Below are positions 9,127 through 17,131 of a stretch of DNA of 63,463 bases, one piece after another. Position numbers and translations under genes: made by a program. The stretch comes from Candidatus Niyogibacteria bacterium. Its GTDB lineage: Bacteria; Patescibacteriota; Minisyncoccia; JACROR01. The notes below the pieces were generated by a model. That model ran no database searches. It was not told the DNA's origin and worked only from the letters and a program-made list of their open reading frames with translations. The DNA lies in the NCBI GenBank assembly GCA_016186495.1, contig JACPLO010000004.1:1-63463 (forward strand), written 5' to 3'. Numbering within the stretch: position 1 is the stretch's first letter; each line of letters begins with the position of its first letter.

Positions 9127-10689
9127 ATGAAAGGAAATATTTTATCGGCTGCGATTTTTGGATTTATCGCGGGCGTGGGAGTCCGTTCTTTTTTTGATCC
9201 GTTGGGAAGCGCGGCGGGGTTTTTTCTTTTATTCGTTTTTTTTGCTTTGGTTTTATTTTTTTTAATTCCCCGGAAAATTTTTTTTCCGGCAGCCGCTTTG
9301 GCGCTGGCCGCGTTCAGTTTGGGAGTTTGGCGTTATGAAATTAAAGACCAAAAAAGCGTTCCAACGGTTTTGCGGCCGCGAATAAACAGCGAGGTCGCGC
9401 TGCGCGGTTTAATTATCGAGGAGCCGGATGAGCGGGAAAATAATATGCGTTTTGTTTTTCAGGCCGACAGTTTGCGGCAGAATAATCAATGGCAGGGCAT
9501 TATTTCCGGAAAAATTCTCGTTTCCACGGAAAGATATCCCGGATTTAAATACGGAGATTTTTTGGAAATAAAAGGCGTTCTTAAAGAACCGAAAAATTTT
9601 TCCGATGATTTTGATTGGCGGGCTTATCTGGCTAAAGACAGCATTTTTCTTTCAATGGATTATCCTAAAATTGAAAAACAAGGAGAAGCGGCTGGCCCGC
9701 TGTTCAGCATTAAACAAAAACTTTTTGCGCTGAAAAATAATTTTATAGCCGGAATTTCGCGCGTTTTGCCGGAACCGCATGCTTCGTTTTTAGGCGGATT
9801 GACGATCGGCGCCAGAAAAAGCATCCCTGAAAATCTGCGGGAAGATTTTAGAAAAGCCGGCGTGATCCATCTGGTGGTTTTATCCGGCTATAACGTGACG
9901 ATTATCGCTGAAAATATCGGCCGCGCCCTGGCTTTTCTGCCTTTGCCGAATTTTTTCGGCGTTGTTTTAAGCGTTTTGGTCATCATTTTTTTTGCTGCGA
10001 TGACCGGCGCTTCGGCGACAATCGTCCGAGCTTCCATAATGGCTATTTTTGTTCTTCTGGCGCGTTCCACCGGAAAAGTTTATGAAGTAACCAGGGCGCT
10101 GATGCTCGCCGGTTTTCTGATGGTTTTACATAATCCTAAAATTTTGCGTTTTGATTCTTCTTTTCAACTTTCTTTCGCGGCCACTCTCGGCCTTATTTAT
10201 TTGGCGCCGCGGCTGGAAAAATATTTCAGCTTTTTACCGAAAAGTTTCGGCTTAAGGGGTTATGCCGCGGCCACTGCCTCGGCCCAACTGGCGGTTGCTC
10301 CTTTAATTTTACATTCAATTGGCGCGATTTCTTTGGTCGCTTTGCCGGTGAATATCCTGATTTTAATGTTTGTTCCCACAACGATGTTTTTCGGATTTTT
10401 GACATGGTTTTTCGGATTATTTAACCATTTAATTAGTTTACTTTTTGCTTGGTTTGCCTGGATTTTGCTTAATTACGAACTTTGGGTGGTGAATATTTTT
10501 GCCCGGCTTTCCTGGGCAGAATGGCGGGCGCCGAATTTTTCCGCTTTTTCCGCGGTTTTGATTTACGGTTTACTGGCTTGGTTTGTTTTTAAACCGCGAT
10601 TATTTTCCGGTTTTTTCAAAAAAAAGGAATTTTCTCCGGCGCTTTGGAATAAAGAAGCGGACGAGTTTGAAATAGAAGAGATTGAATGA
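9127..10689 (+). CDS. comEC: ComEC/Rec2 DNA-uptake channel, membrane portion (DUF4131 + competence domain)
   Basis: Polytopic membrane protein with the HLVVLSGYNV competence-domain motif and an OB-like N-terminal segment. Confidence 0.85.
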   Translation: MKGNILSAAIFGFIAGVGVRSFFDPLGSAAGFFLLFVFFALVLFFLIPRKIFFPAAALALAAFSLGVWRYEIKDQKSVPTVLRPRINSEVALRGLIIEEPDERENNMRFVFQADSLRQNNQWQGIISGKILVSTERYPGFKYGDFLEIKGVLKEPKNFSDDFDWRAYLAKDSIFLSMDYPKIEKQGEAAGPLFSIKQKLFALKNNFIAGISRVLPEPHASFLGGLTIGARKSIPENLREDFRKAGVIHLVVLSGYNVTIIAENIGRALAFLPLPNFFGVVLSVLVIIFFAAMTGASATIVRASIMAIFVLLARSTGKVYEVTRALMLAGFLMVLHNPKILRFDSSFQLSFAATLGLIYLAPRLEKYFSFLPKSFGLRGYAAATASAQLAVAPLILHSIGAISLVALPVNILILMFVPTTMFFGFLTWFFGLFNHLISLLFAWFAWILLNYELWVVNIFARLSWAEWRAPNFSAFSAVLIYGLLAWFVFKPRLFSGFFKKKEFSPALWNKEADEFEIEEIE

Positions 10690-11555
10690 AAGAAAAAATC
10701 AAGCAAAATTTTAAATGGTATTTTCTGGGATTGCTTTTAACGGCAACATTTTTTGTATGGTATGCGGTATTTGCGGAAAGCGATCAGAGATTAACCGTCG
10801 CATTTTTGAATGTCGGTCAAGGAGACGCAATTCTCGTTGATACTCCGAATAATCAGCAGATTTTGATAGACGGAGGACCTAATAAACAAGTTTTAGCCGA
10901 ACTTTCAAAAGTCCTGCCTTTTTACGATCGTTCCATTGATGTTGTGATAGCAACCCATTCAGACCAAGATCATATCAGCGGATTGCTCGATGTTTTGGAG
11001 AGATACGAAGTAGATTTTGTTATGGAGCCGGGAGTGGAGTCCGAAACAACGGTTTATAAAGAGTTTGAAAAATTGGTTGATGAAAAACAAATCAAAAAAA
11101 TTCTCGCCAGACGAGGAATGAAATTAAGATTAAGCGATAACGCATATTTATTGATTCTTTTTCCAGACAGAGATGTTTTAAAAATGGATACGAATGACGC
11201 TTCAATCGTGGCAAAACTGGTTTATGGCAACGCGTCTTTTCTTTTTACCGGAGATTCTCCTAAAAAAATTGAGGGATATCTCGTATCCGTTGATAAGAAT
11301 TTGCCGGCCGGCGAATTAGATGTAGATGTTTTAAAAGCCGGACACCACGGTTCTAAAACTTCATCGTTGGAATCTTTTGTTGAATATGCCAGTCCGAAGT
11401 ATGCGATTATTTCCGCGGGAAAAAATAATCGCTATGGACATCCTCATCAGGAAGTAATGGATATTTTGGCAAAATTCGGAGTAAAAATATTAAGAACCGA
11501 TTTGCTCGGTTCTATAATAATGAAAAGTGATGGAGAGAATATTTTATTAAAGTAG
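10686..11555 (+). CDS. ComEC-type metallo-beta-lactamase domain protein (encoded separately)
   Basis: N-terminal TM helix, VGQGDAILV, ATHSDQDHISG, KAGHHGSKTS and RYGHPH. These match the MBL module normally fused to the ComEC C-terminus. ATGA overlap with upstream gene. Confidence 0.8.
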   Translation: MKEKIKQNFKWYFLGLLLTATFFVWYAVFAESDQRLTVAFLNVGQGDAILVDTPNNQQILIDGGPNKQVLAELSKVLPFYDRSIDVVIATHSDQDHISGLLDVLERYEVDFVMEPGVESETTVYKEFEKLVDEKQIKKILARRGMKLRLSDNAYLLILFPDRDVLKMDTNDASIVAKLVYGNASFLFTGDSPKKIEGYLVSVDKNLPAGELDVDVLKAGHHGSKTSSLESFVEYASPKYAIISAGKNNRYGHPHQEVMDILAKFGVKILRTDLLGSIIMKSDGENILLK

Positions 11556-11630
11556 ATTTTTAGAAAGTTTGTTTATCTGTTGTAATAACCGCATCTGGAT
11601 TTTTGTTGAAAAAAATGTTATTTTGGCGTT

Positions 11631-12185
11631 ATGAATCGTTCTGATCAGCAACTTATCGGGCATTATCTTAAGGGTAATGAAGAATCGCTTAGGATTCTTT
11701 TTCAACGATATTTAAAATTGATTTACAGTTTTACATATAGATATACGGGCAATGCGCAGGATGCCGAAGACGCCACGCAGGAGACATTTGTAAAAGCATG
11801 GCGCAATCTAAAAAAATTTGATCAAAATAAAAAATTCAAAACCTGGATTTTTGCCATTGCTAAAAATACCGCAATTGATTTTCTAAAAAAGAAAAAGGCG
11901 ATTCCATTCTCTGAATTTGAAAACGAGAAAGGAGAAAATATGATAACCGAGACGCTTGCCGATTCCTCTCCGCTTCCTCAAGAGCTTTTAGAAAAAGCCG
12001 GAATGGCGCATATGCTCAATTCGGCAATGGAGAAATTATCGCCAAAATACCGCATGATTTTATTTCTGCGCTACAATGACCATTTCAATTTTAGAGAAAT
12101 TGCGGAATCTCTCGGCGAACCGCTCAATACCGTAAAATCGCGGCACAGGCGGGCGCTTGTTATGCTGAAAAATATAATAAAATAA
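11631..12185 (+). CDS. ECF-type RNA polymerase sigma-70 factor
   Basis: Region 2 (DAEDATQETFVKAW) and region 4 (FREIAESLGEPLNTVKSRHRRA) are present. Confidence 0.9.
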   Translation: MNRSDQQLIGHYLKGNEESLRILFQRYLKLIYSFTYRYTGNAQDAEDATQETFVKAWRNLKKFDQNKKFKTWIFAIAKNTAIDFLKKKKAIPFSEFENEKGENMITETLADSSPLPQELLEKAGMAHMLNSAMEKLSPKYRMILFLRYNDHFNFREIAESLGEPLNTVKSRHRRALVMLKNIIK

Positions 12186-12230
12186 AAATATCGATACAAA
12201 TTAATAATAAAAATTAAATCACATAAAAAT

Positions 12231-12381
12231 ATGAAAAAAAATAACGCTACTTATTATTTCAGCATTCGCGTTTTTCAGCGGCGTTGCTTTTGCCCAAACA
12301 TTGCCAACCGCTGTTTCTGATATAAATGTCAAGCTCGATTGCCATTCTTGCGATGTGTGCGGAATAAACCCGCGAGCTTGA
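12231..12381 (+). pseudogene. small secreted Cys-rich peptide gene, out of frame with its ATG because of an A8 homopolymer
   Basis: ATG at 12231 is followed by 8 A. With 7 A the ATG would read MKKITLLIISAFAFFSGVAFA/QTLPTAVSDINVKLDCHSCDVCGINPRA*, a clean signal peptide with an AxA site and stop at 12379..12381. As written, the ATG frame gives an unconvincing 29-aa product. Confidence 0.35.
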
Positions 12382-12406
12382 CGAGATATAATTTTAATGC
12401 TATCAT
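12378..12406 (+). promoter_or_regulatory. sigma70-like promoter for the island kinase gene
   Basis: TTGACG (12378..12383), 17-nt spacer, TATCAT (12401..12406). A GGAGGT SD sits 6 nt before the ATG at 12477. Confidence 0.4.
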
Positions 12407-12476
12407 AGCGGCAGAATGAAAAGTGGTTTGTAGCCACTTTTCCAGTTGAAAACAAACCGAAAAATGGAGGTGTCAA

Positions 12477-13217
12477 ATGTTTGGACAGTTGACAGAGTTC
12501 ATTCTGCCGCGTATAATTAGAGTTATGGTTCACAAACGCGAAACACTCACCAAAAAGGAACAAGCGGCACAAGGCGCGTTCATGGCGAAGCTCGACATCA
12601 AGAAGCGCAAGACCGACAAGCCGGTCATCGTGGCCATTATCGGCCTCGTTGGTTCCGGCAAGAGCGCGGTGGCGCAAGAACTCGCCAAGCACATCGGCGC
12701 GACGGTTATTGAAGGCGACGACATTCGCATCGAGCTTCGCAAACAAAGCGAACGCTATGAGAAGTCGCGCGCTATCGCCGAGAACGCAGTACTCGAAGTC
12801 GTGAAGCAAGGCGGCAATGTCATTCTCGATTCCGACTTCGTGGACGATAAAAAGCGCGCGAGCGTTCGCGAGAAAGCGCGCAAGGCCGGGGTGCACCTTG
12901 TCTTCGTCCGCACCTACTGCGACCTTGATGTTATGGTGGGTCGCGTCCTCACTGCAACCTACCACAATCGCGTTGACGATTTTTTCGGCGGCGCAAAATC
13001 CAAGTGGCAAGGAAGCGAGCAATCTAAGGGCGCGGCGGTTAAAGTTCGCGAGATGTGGAGGCGCACGCCTCACCATTATCGCTGGGTCAATCAAGGCGGC
13101 GGGCAATGGAAACTCAAAAAATTTCCGTTCGCTATCTTCGCCGAGATTGACACCACGGATTCAAATTTGTGGAAGCGCGAGGTGGAGAAATGCGCGAAAC
13201 AACTCCTCACGCGGTAA
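12477..13217 (+). CDS. P-loop NTPase / kinase-like protein (AAA_33 or zeta-toxin-like fold) in GC-rich island
   Basis: Walker A IIGLVGSGKSAVAQEL, then GDDIR and ILDSDF blocks. Strong SD and G/C-rich codon usage unlike the flanks. Confidence 0.75.
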   Translation: MFGQLTEFILPRIIRVMVHKRETLTKKEQAAQGAFMAKLDIKKRKTDKPVIVAIIGLVGSGKSAVAQELAKHIGATVIEGDDIRIELRKQSERYEKSRAIAENAVLEVVKQGGNVILDSDFVDDKKRASVREKARKAGVHLVFVRTYCDLDVMVGRVLTATYHNRVDDFFGGAKSKWQGSEQSKGAAVKVREMWRRTPHHYRWVNQGGGQWKLKKFPFAIFAEIDTTDSNLWKREVEKCAKQLLTR

Positions 13218-13218
13218 A

Positions 13219-13296
13219 CCCCGTTAGAAAGTTTCATAGTCAAACTTTATTTTAAATAATTTTGTATTTAAGCCTAAAGCTGTCTTTCTAACGGGG
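13219..13296. repeat. 13-bp inverted repeat (CCCCGTTAGAAAG / CTTTCTAACGGGG) around a 52-nt AT-rich loop; member of a dispersed hairpin family
   Basis: The arms at 13219..13231 and 13284..13296 are perfect complements. The arm sequences recur at 61460..61488, with related copies at 6862..6899 and 11560..11570. Confidence 0.6.
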
Positions 13297-13565
13297 TAAA
13301 TCACGAACATGGGCGACCAAAGCGAAAGCCGAGGCCGCCCTTTCTTTTTGTTCGATTTTTGGATACATTAAATTCATAATAGTTACGCGCGATTTTCCGA
13401 AAGCGAGGGCGGCGCGGGCATTCCTCCTCCCACCTCTCCTTCCCGCGCCGCCCGAGCGGATTCGCCGAGCGAGGCGAGGCGTTATCTTTCTTCGAAATGG
13501 GTTCGCACTATTTTTAGAATATCCCGCAAAATGGCTCGCCGCTTCGCAGTGAAAATGAAATGGGC

Positions 13566-13609
13566 GGAAAAAGAAAAAGCCCTCGGCGCAATGTCGCTAT
13601 GCCGAGGGC
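13566..13609 (-). terminator. Rho-independent terminator of the 209-aa island gene
   Basis: On the - strand: GCCCTCGGC-loop-GCCGAGGGC followed by TTTTTCTTTTT, immediately after the stop at 13624. Confidence 0.75.
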
Positions 13610-13623
13610 GAACGATTTCAAAG

Positions 13624-14253
13624 CTATTTCTTGCGGACGGCCGCAAACCAGCATGATTTATCCCAGACTTCATCTCCATCGGCACAGCACAGGTCCAGGA
13701 AGCGCGTCGAGCCACGCCTGTCGAGGCATGGGGCATAGCGGAGGCCGTTTGGGCTCTTCCAAATCGAAAGAGCCACTATTAAGAAATCGCCCTGTAATTC
13801 GGGGTAATTTTCGCCAAAGGCGAGAAGTTCGTGAAGCTCGGTCGGGCGAAATCCCCTTTTATTGAGTTTGCTGAGCGCTTCGTTGGTCGAGATATCCCGG
13901 CCGAAACAGAAGAACTCCATCGTAACTTTTGCCGTTCCTTTCCTCTGGGTCGAAAAGATGTGAGAAATAATATTAGAGTCGATCGAGTCGTAATGGCCGG
14001 CCTTTACTGCATCTTTTACACTCCTTCTATAGTTCACGGGAAGGGAGACAGAGAAGGAGTTAATGTTGCCGGCGGGCTTGCCGTAAGGCGTAAACGCCTC
14101 GCGGAGAACTCGCGCGAGCGACTCGCCGTTTTGCGTCCAGCCGAGTGCGATAACGGGATTGATGTCACGTGGTAGGGCCCGCAGGACGGCCACCTGAAAT
14201 TCCACGTAGCTCCCAGTTACCTGGGAGGGAGTTTTATATTTTTTCGTAATCAT
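13624..14253 (-). CDS. hypothetical protein (209 aa), GC-rich island, no recognisable family
   Basis: Perfect SD (GAAAGGAGGAATAGCTATG on the - strand), long ORF, own terminator and G/C-rich codons. Confidence 0.7.
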   Translation of the reverse strand: MITKKYKTPSQVTGSYVEFQVAVLRALPRDINPVIALGWTQNGESLARVLREAFTPYGKPAGNINSFSVSLPVNYRRSVKDAVKAGHYDSIDSNIISHIFSTQRKGTAKVTMEFFCFGRDISTNEALSKLNKRGFRPTELHELLAFGENYPELQGDFLIVALSIWKSPNGLRYAPCLDRRGSTRFLDLCCADGDEVWDKSCWFAAVRKK

Positions 14254-14376
14254 AGCTATTCCTCCTTTCTTTTAGTTTAAATTTCGCTGCCCCATTACAG
14301 CTTTTAGAAAACAATGTAAAAGTGCTATCTTTAATTACAATTACAACAATAGCATATATAACGGTTCTTGTAAAGC

Positions 14377-14832
14377 ATGGACACCAAAATGCGTCCCTTT
14401 GCCGTATTAATATATATGGCGCGAAAAGATTTTGAACAGCTATTTTTTTATCTTAAACCGCCGGAACCGCCAACAGGGCTTTTTGACCGGATTATTCTTG
14501 CGATTAAGCGCGAACAAGAATTGCGCAATGCCAAAAGGTTGGCGTTTGAATTTCTGGTTCTTTTAGTTGTGTCGCTTGCAACCGCTCCTTTCTCCTGGAC
14601 GCTCTTTACAGGCCAAATGCGGAATTCCGGCATACTTCAGTTTATTGAAGTTGCCTTAAACGATATCGGCGTATTTTTCGCGTCGTGGCAAGAATTCAGC
14701 TTGACTATTGCCGAATCATTGCCGATTGCCGGCCTCGCTGTCTTTACCATTAATATGATATTAGCGATATTTACTCTTCGTTTGTTTCTATATAAAAAGA
14801 GATTGCTGGTCGGCTATCTCATGAAAATTTAA
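14377..14832 (+). CDS. membrane anti-sigma-factor-like protein
   Basis: Short cytoplasmic N-terminus (LKPPEPPTGLFDRIILAIKREQELR) followed by TM helices. Position is downstream of the ECF sigma. The start could instead be the ATG at 14416. Confidence 0.5.
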   Translation: MDTKMRPFAVLIYMARKDFEQLFFYLKPPEPPTGLFDRIILAIKREQELRNAKRLAFEFLVLLVVSLATAPFSWTLFTGQMRNSGILQFIEVALNDIGVFFASWQEFSLTIAESLPIAGLAVFTINMILAIFTLRLFLYKKRLLVGYLMKI

Positions 14833-14854
14833 AATTCAAAAATAAAAAATAAAA

Positions 14855-15316
14855 ATGACGGACCAAAATTTAAAAATAAAAAAAGATATTCTCAAATGGG
14901 TCATTATCGGATTGGCCGGCTTTGCGGCGCTTGTTTTGGTTTTTGGCGCGGGAGTGAAAGTCGGAACGATAAAAGCGAGATATTCCTATCGTTGGGCCGA
15001 AAATTATCATAAGAATTTTGCCGGGCCGCAAAGAGGATTTTTTGAAAATTTCAAGCGCGGTTTTGGCGACAAAGAAGATTTTATCAACGCCCACGGAACT
15101 TTCGGCTCAGTCATCAAAATTGACGGCGGCGTTATAATTGTAAAAAGCCAGGACAATGTTGAAAAAACTATTCTTGTTTCCGACAAAACGACAATCGTCA
15201 GCCGGCGCGAATCATTAAAAACCGGCGACCTGAAAGTTGACGATCAAGCGGTTATTATCGGCTCTCCAAACGAGCAAGGCCAAATTGAAGCCAAATTTAT
15301 CCGAGTGTTTAAATAA
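14855..15316 (+). CDS. membrane-anchored small beta-domain protein (paralogue of 19139..19543)
   Basis: N-terminal TM helix. The C-terminal block VIKIDGGVIIVKSQDN..ILVSDKTTI..DLKVDD..IIGSPNEQGQIEAKFIRV aligns with the 19139 product. Confidence 0.6.
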   Translation: MTDQNLKIKKDILKWVIIGLAGFAALVLVFGAGVKVGTIKARYSYRWAENYHKNFAGPQRGFFENFKRGFGDKEDFINAHGTFGSVIKIDGGVIIVKSQDNVEKTILVSDKTTIVSRRESLKTGDLKVDDQAVIIGSPNEQGQIEAKFIRVFK

Positions 15317-15318
15317 CA

Positions 15319-17127
15319 ATGGAAATGTTTTTAAAAATATCAAAAAAAATATTGCGGCATAAATTGGCTTCGGGAATAATCCTGATTTTGATTGCCGCCG
15401 GCGGTTATTGGGGTTATGCCAAAATTTTCAGCAATAACGGAACAATTCGCTATGTTGCCGTCCAAATTGAAAAAGGAACGCTTATCGTTTCTGTTTCCGG
15501 CACCGGACAAGTGTCTGCTTTGGATGAAGTTGCGATAAAACCAAAAGCGTCGGGAGATGTTGTCTGGGTCGGCGTTAAAGCCGGAGACGCGATGCGCCAA
15601 GGACAGGCAATCGCGCAGATTGACGCGACTGACGCAAAACAAGCCGTCGCCGACGCGGAACAATCGCTGGCGCAGGCGCGGCTGCAATACCAAAAAGACA
15701 AAGTCCAAGCTCCTCTTGATTTTGAAAAAGCGCTTGAGGCGCTTGAAGACGCAAAAACCGATCTGGCGTCTTCATATACCGATGTTTTCAATACGGTTTC
15801 GGATACTTATCTGAATTTGCCGGCTCTCATAACCGGGGAGAGAGATATTTTATATGAAAATGATTTAAGCGTTAATAAAAATCAAGCGAACATTGACGCA
15901 TTGCAAAACATCGTAAAACCGGTTGACGCCGGCAGGACCGCTATTCCGATATTTGCGGATAAAGCCGCCGATGATTACCAAACTGCGCGCGTCAAATACG
16001 ATACGAGCCTTTTGAATTATAAAAATATCACTCGTTATTCTAACGAAAAAGAAATTGAAGCCATACTTTCAGAATCAATAGATGCGGCAACGGCTATTGC
16101 CCAGGCGATCCAAAGCACGCTGAATTTATTTGACGCGATTATTGACTACGCCCAAACGCATTCGGTAACAATTAATCCGTTGGTGAATACGAAAAGAAAC
16201 AGCGCGTTCGGGTATTTAAACACCGCCAACAGCATGTTAAATGCGCTCCTGACGGAACAAAAATCGCTTGATTCCGCAAAAAGATTGATTCGCGACAATG
16301 AACGAAATATTGAAATTCTTAAAATCGGAAATGAATCCGGCGGCAATCCTTTAAGTCTCCAATCCTCGGCATACGGCCTTGCCGAAAAGGAACGGAATCT
16401 TGAAGAACTGAGAACCGATCTTGCAAATTACACCGTTATTGCTCCGTTTGAGGGAACAATTGCCGCGCTTAATCTTAAACGGTTTGATACTGTTTCAAGC
16501 GGCAATTCTGTGGGAACGCTTATCACTAGGCAAAAAATCGCCGAAATTTCTTTGAATGAAATTGATGTCGCTAAAGTTAAAACGGGCCAAAAAGTCACGC
16601 TGACTTTTGACGCAATTCCCAACCTTACTATTACAGGACAAGTCGCGGAAATAGACGCGTTAGGTTCTGTTTTACAGGGCGTTGTTACCTACAACGTAAA
16701 AATCGGCTTTGATACGCAGGATGATCGGGTAAAAACAGCGATGAGCGTTTCGGCCGCCATTGTCACCGAAGCAAAACCGAATGTGCTTATTTTGCCAAAC
16801 TCGGCGGTAAAATCACAGGACAAAATTAGTTATGTGGAAATTGTGGAGGGTGATGACCGGGACTTGGCGCTTGCGGCAAACGCGAGCGGAGCAATTCTTA
16901 AAAATTCGCCGCGCCAGCAGCCGGTTGAAATCGGAACAATAAGCGATGAGTTCACGGAGATTACAAACGGCCTTAAAGAAGGAGATGTAATTGTAACACG
17001 GACCATTCAGCCAACTGCCGCTCAAACTGCGCAGACGCAACAGCAATCCGGCGGTTTAAGAATTCCCGGACTTTCCGGCGGAGGAGGCGGCGGCGGATTT
17101 AGAGGCGGCGGTGGTTCTAGCCGTTAA
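15319..17127 (+). CDS. HlyD/MacA-family periplasmic adaptor with Gly-rich C-terminal tail
   Basis: TM anchor, lipoyl-like blocks (VKAGDAMRQGQAIAQID, VIAPFEGTIAAL), a long coiled-coil and a beta-barrel. Tail is GGGGGGGFRGGGGSSR. Confidence 0.85.
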   Translation: MEMFLKISKKILRHKLASGIILILIAAGGYWGYAKIFSNNGTIRYVAVQIEKGTLIVSVSGTGQVSALDEVAIKPKASGDVVWVGVKAGDAMRQGQAIAQIDATDAKQAVADAEQSLAQARLQYQKDKVQAPLDFEKALEALEDAKTDLASSYTDVFNTVSDTYLNLPALITGERDILYENDLSVNKNQANIDALQNIVKPVDAGRTAIPIFADKAADDYQTARVKYDTSLLNYKNITRYSNEKEIEAILSESIDAATAIAQAIQSTLNLFDAIIDYAQTHSVTINPLVNTKRNSAFGYLNTANSMLNALLTEQKSLDSAKRLIRDNERNIEILKIGNESGGNPLSLQSSAYGLAEKERNLEELRTDLANYTVIAPFEGTIAALNLKRFDTVSSGNSVGTLITRQKIAEISLNEIDVAKVKTGQKVTLTFDAIPNLTITGQVAEIDALGSVLQGVVTYNVKIGFDTQDDRVKTAMSVSAAIVTEAKPNVLILPNSAVKSQDKISYVEIVEGDDRDLALAANASGAILKNSPRQQPVEIGTISDEFTEITNGLKEGDVIVTRTIQPTAAQTAQTQQQSGGLRIPGLSGGGGGGGFRGGGGSSR

Positions 17128-17131
17128 CGCA

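Noticed and set aside
12219-13106. 295-aa ORF on the - strand overlapping the kinase-like gene
   Set aside because: It is a shadow ORF typical of GC-rich DNA. It has no SD and an Ala/Arg/Leu-rich low-information sequence. The + strand ORF has a Walker A motif, promoter and SD, and the 5' part of this ORF runs through the small peptide gene region.
13482-14175. Overlapping ORFs 13482..13736 (-), 13560..13865 (+), 13831..14175 (+) and 12817..13227 (+)
   Set aside because: These are alternative-frame or antisense ORFs within the GC-rich island. They are Arg/Gly/Ser-rich, lack SDs, and overlap the well-supported 209-aa gene, its terminator or the kinase gene.
15340-15814. Cluster of overlapping ORFs (both strands) inside the 5' part of the HlyD adaptor gene
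   Set aside because: This is a locally Ala/Gln-rich, GC-richer coiled-coil coding region that produces open alternative frames. The adaptor frame is continuous and homologous throughout.
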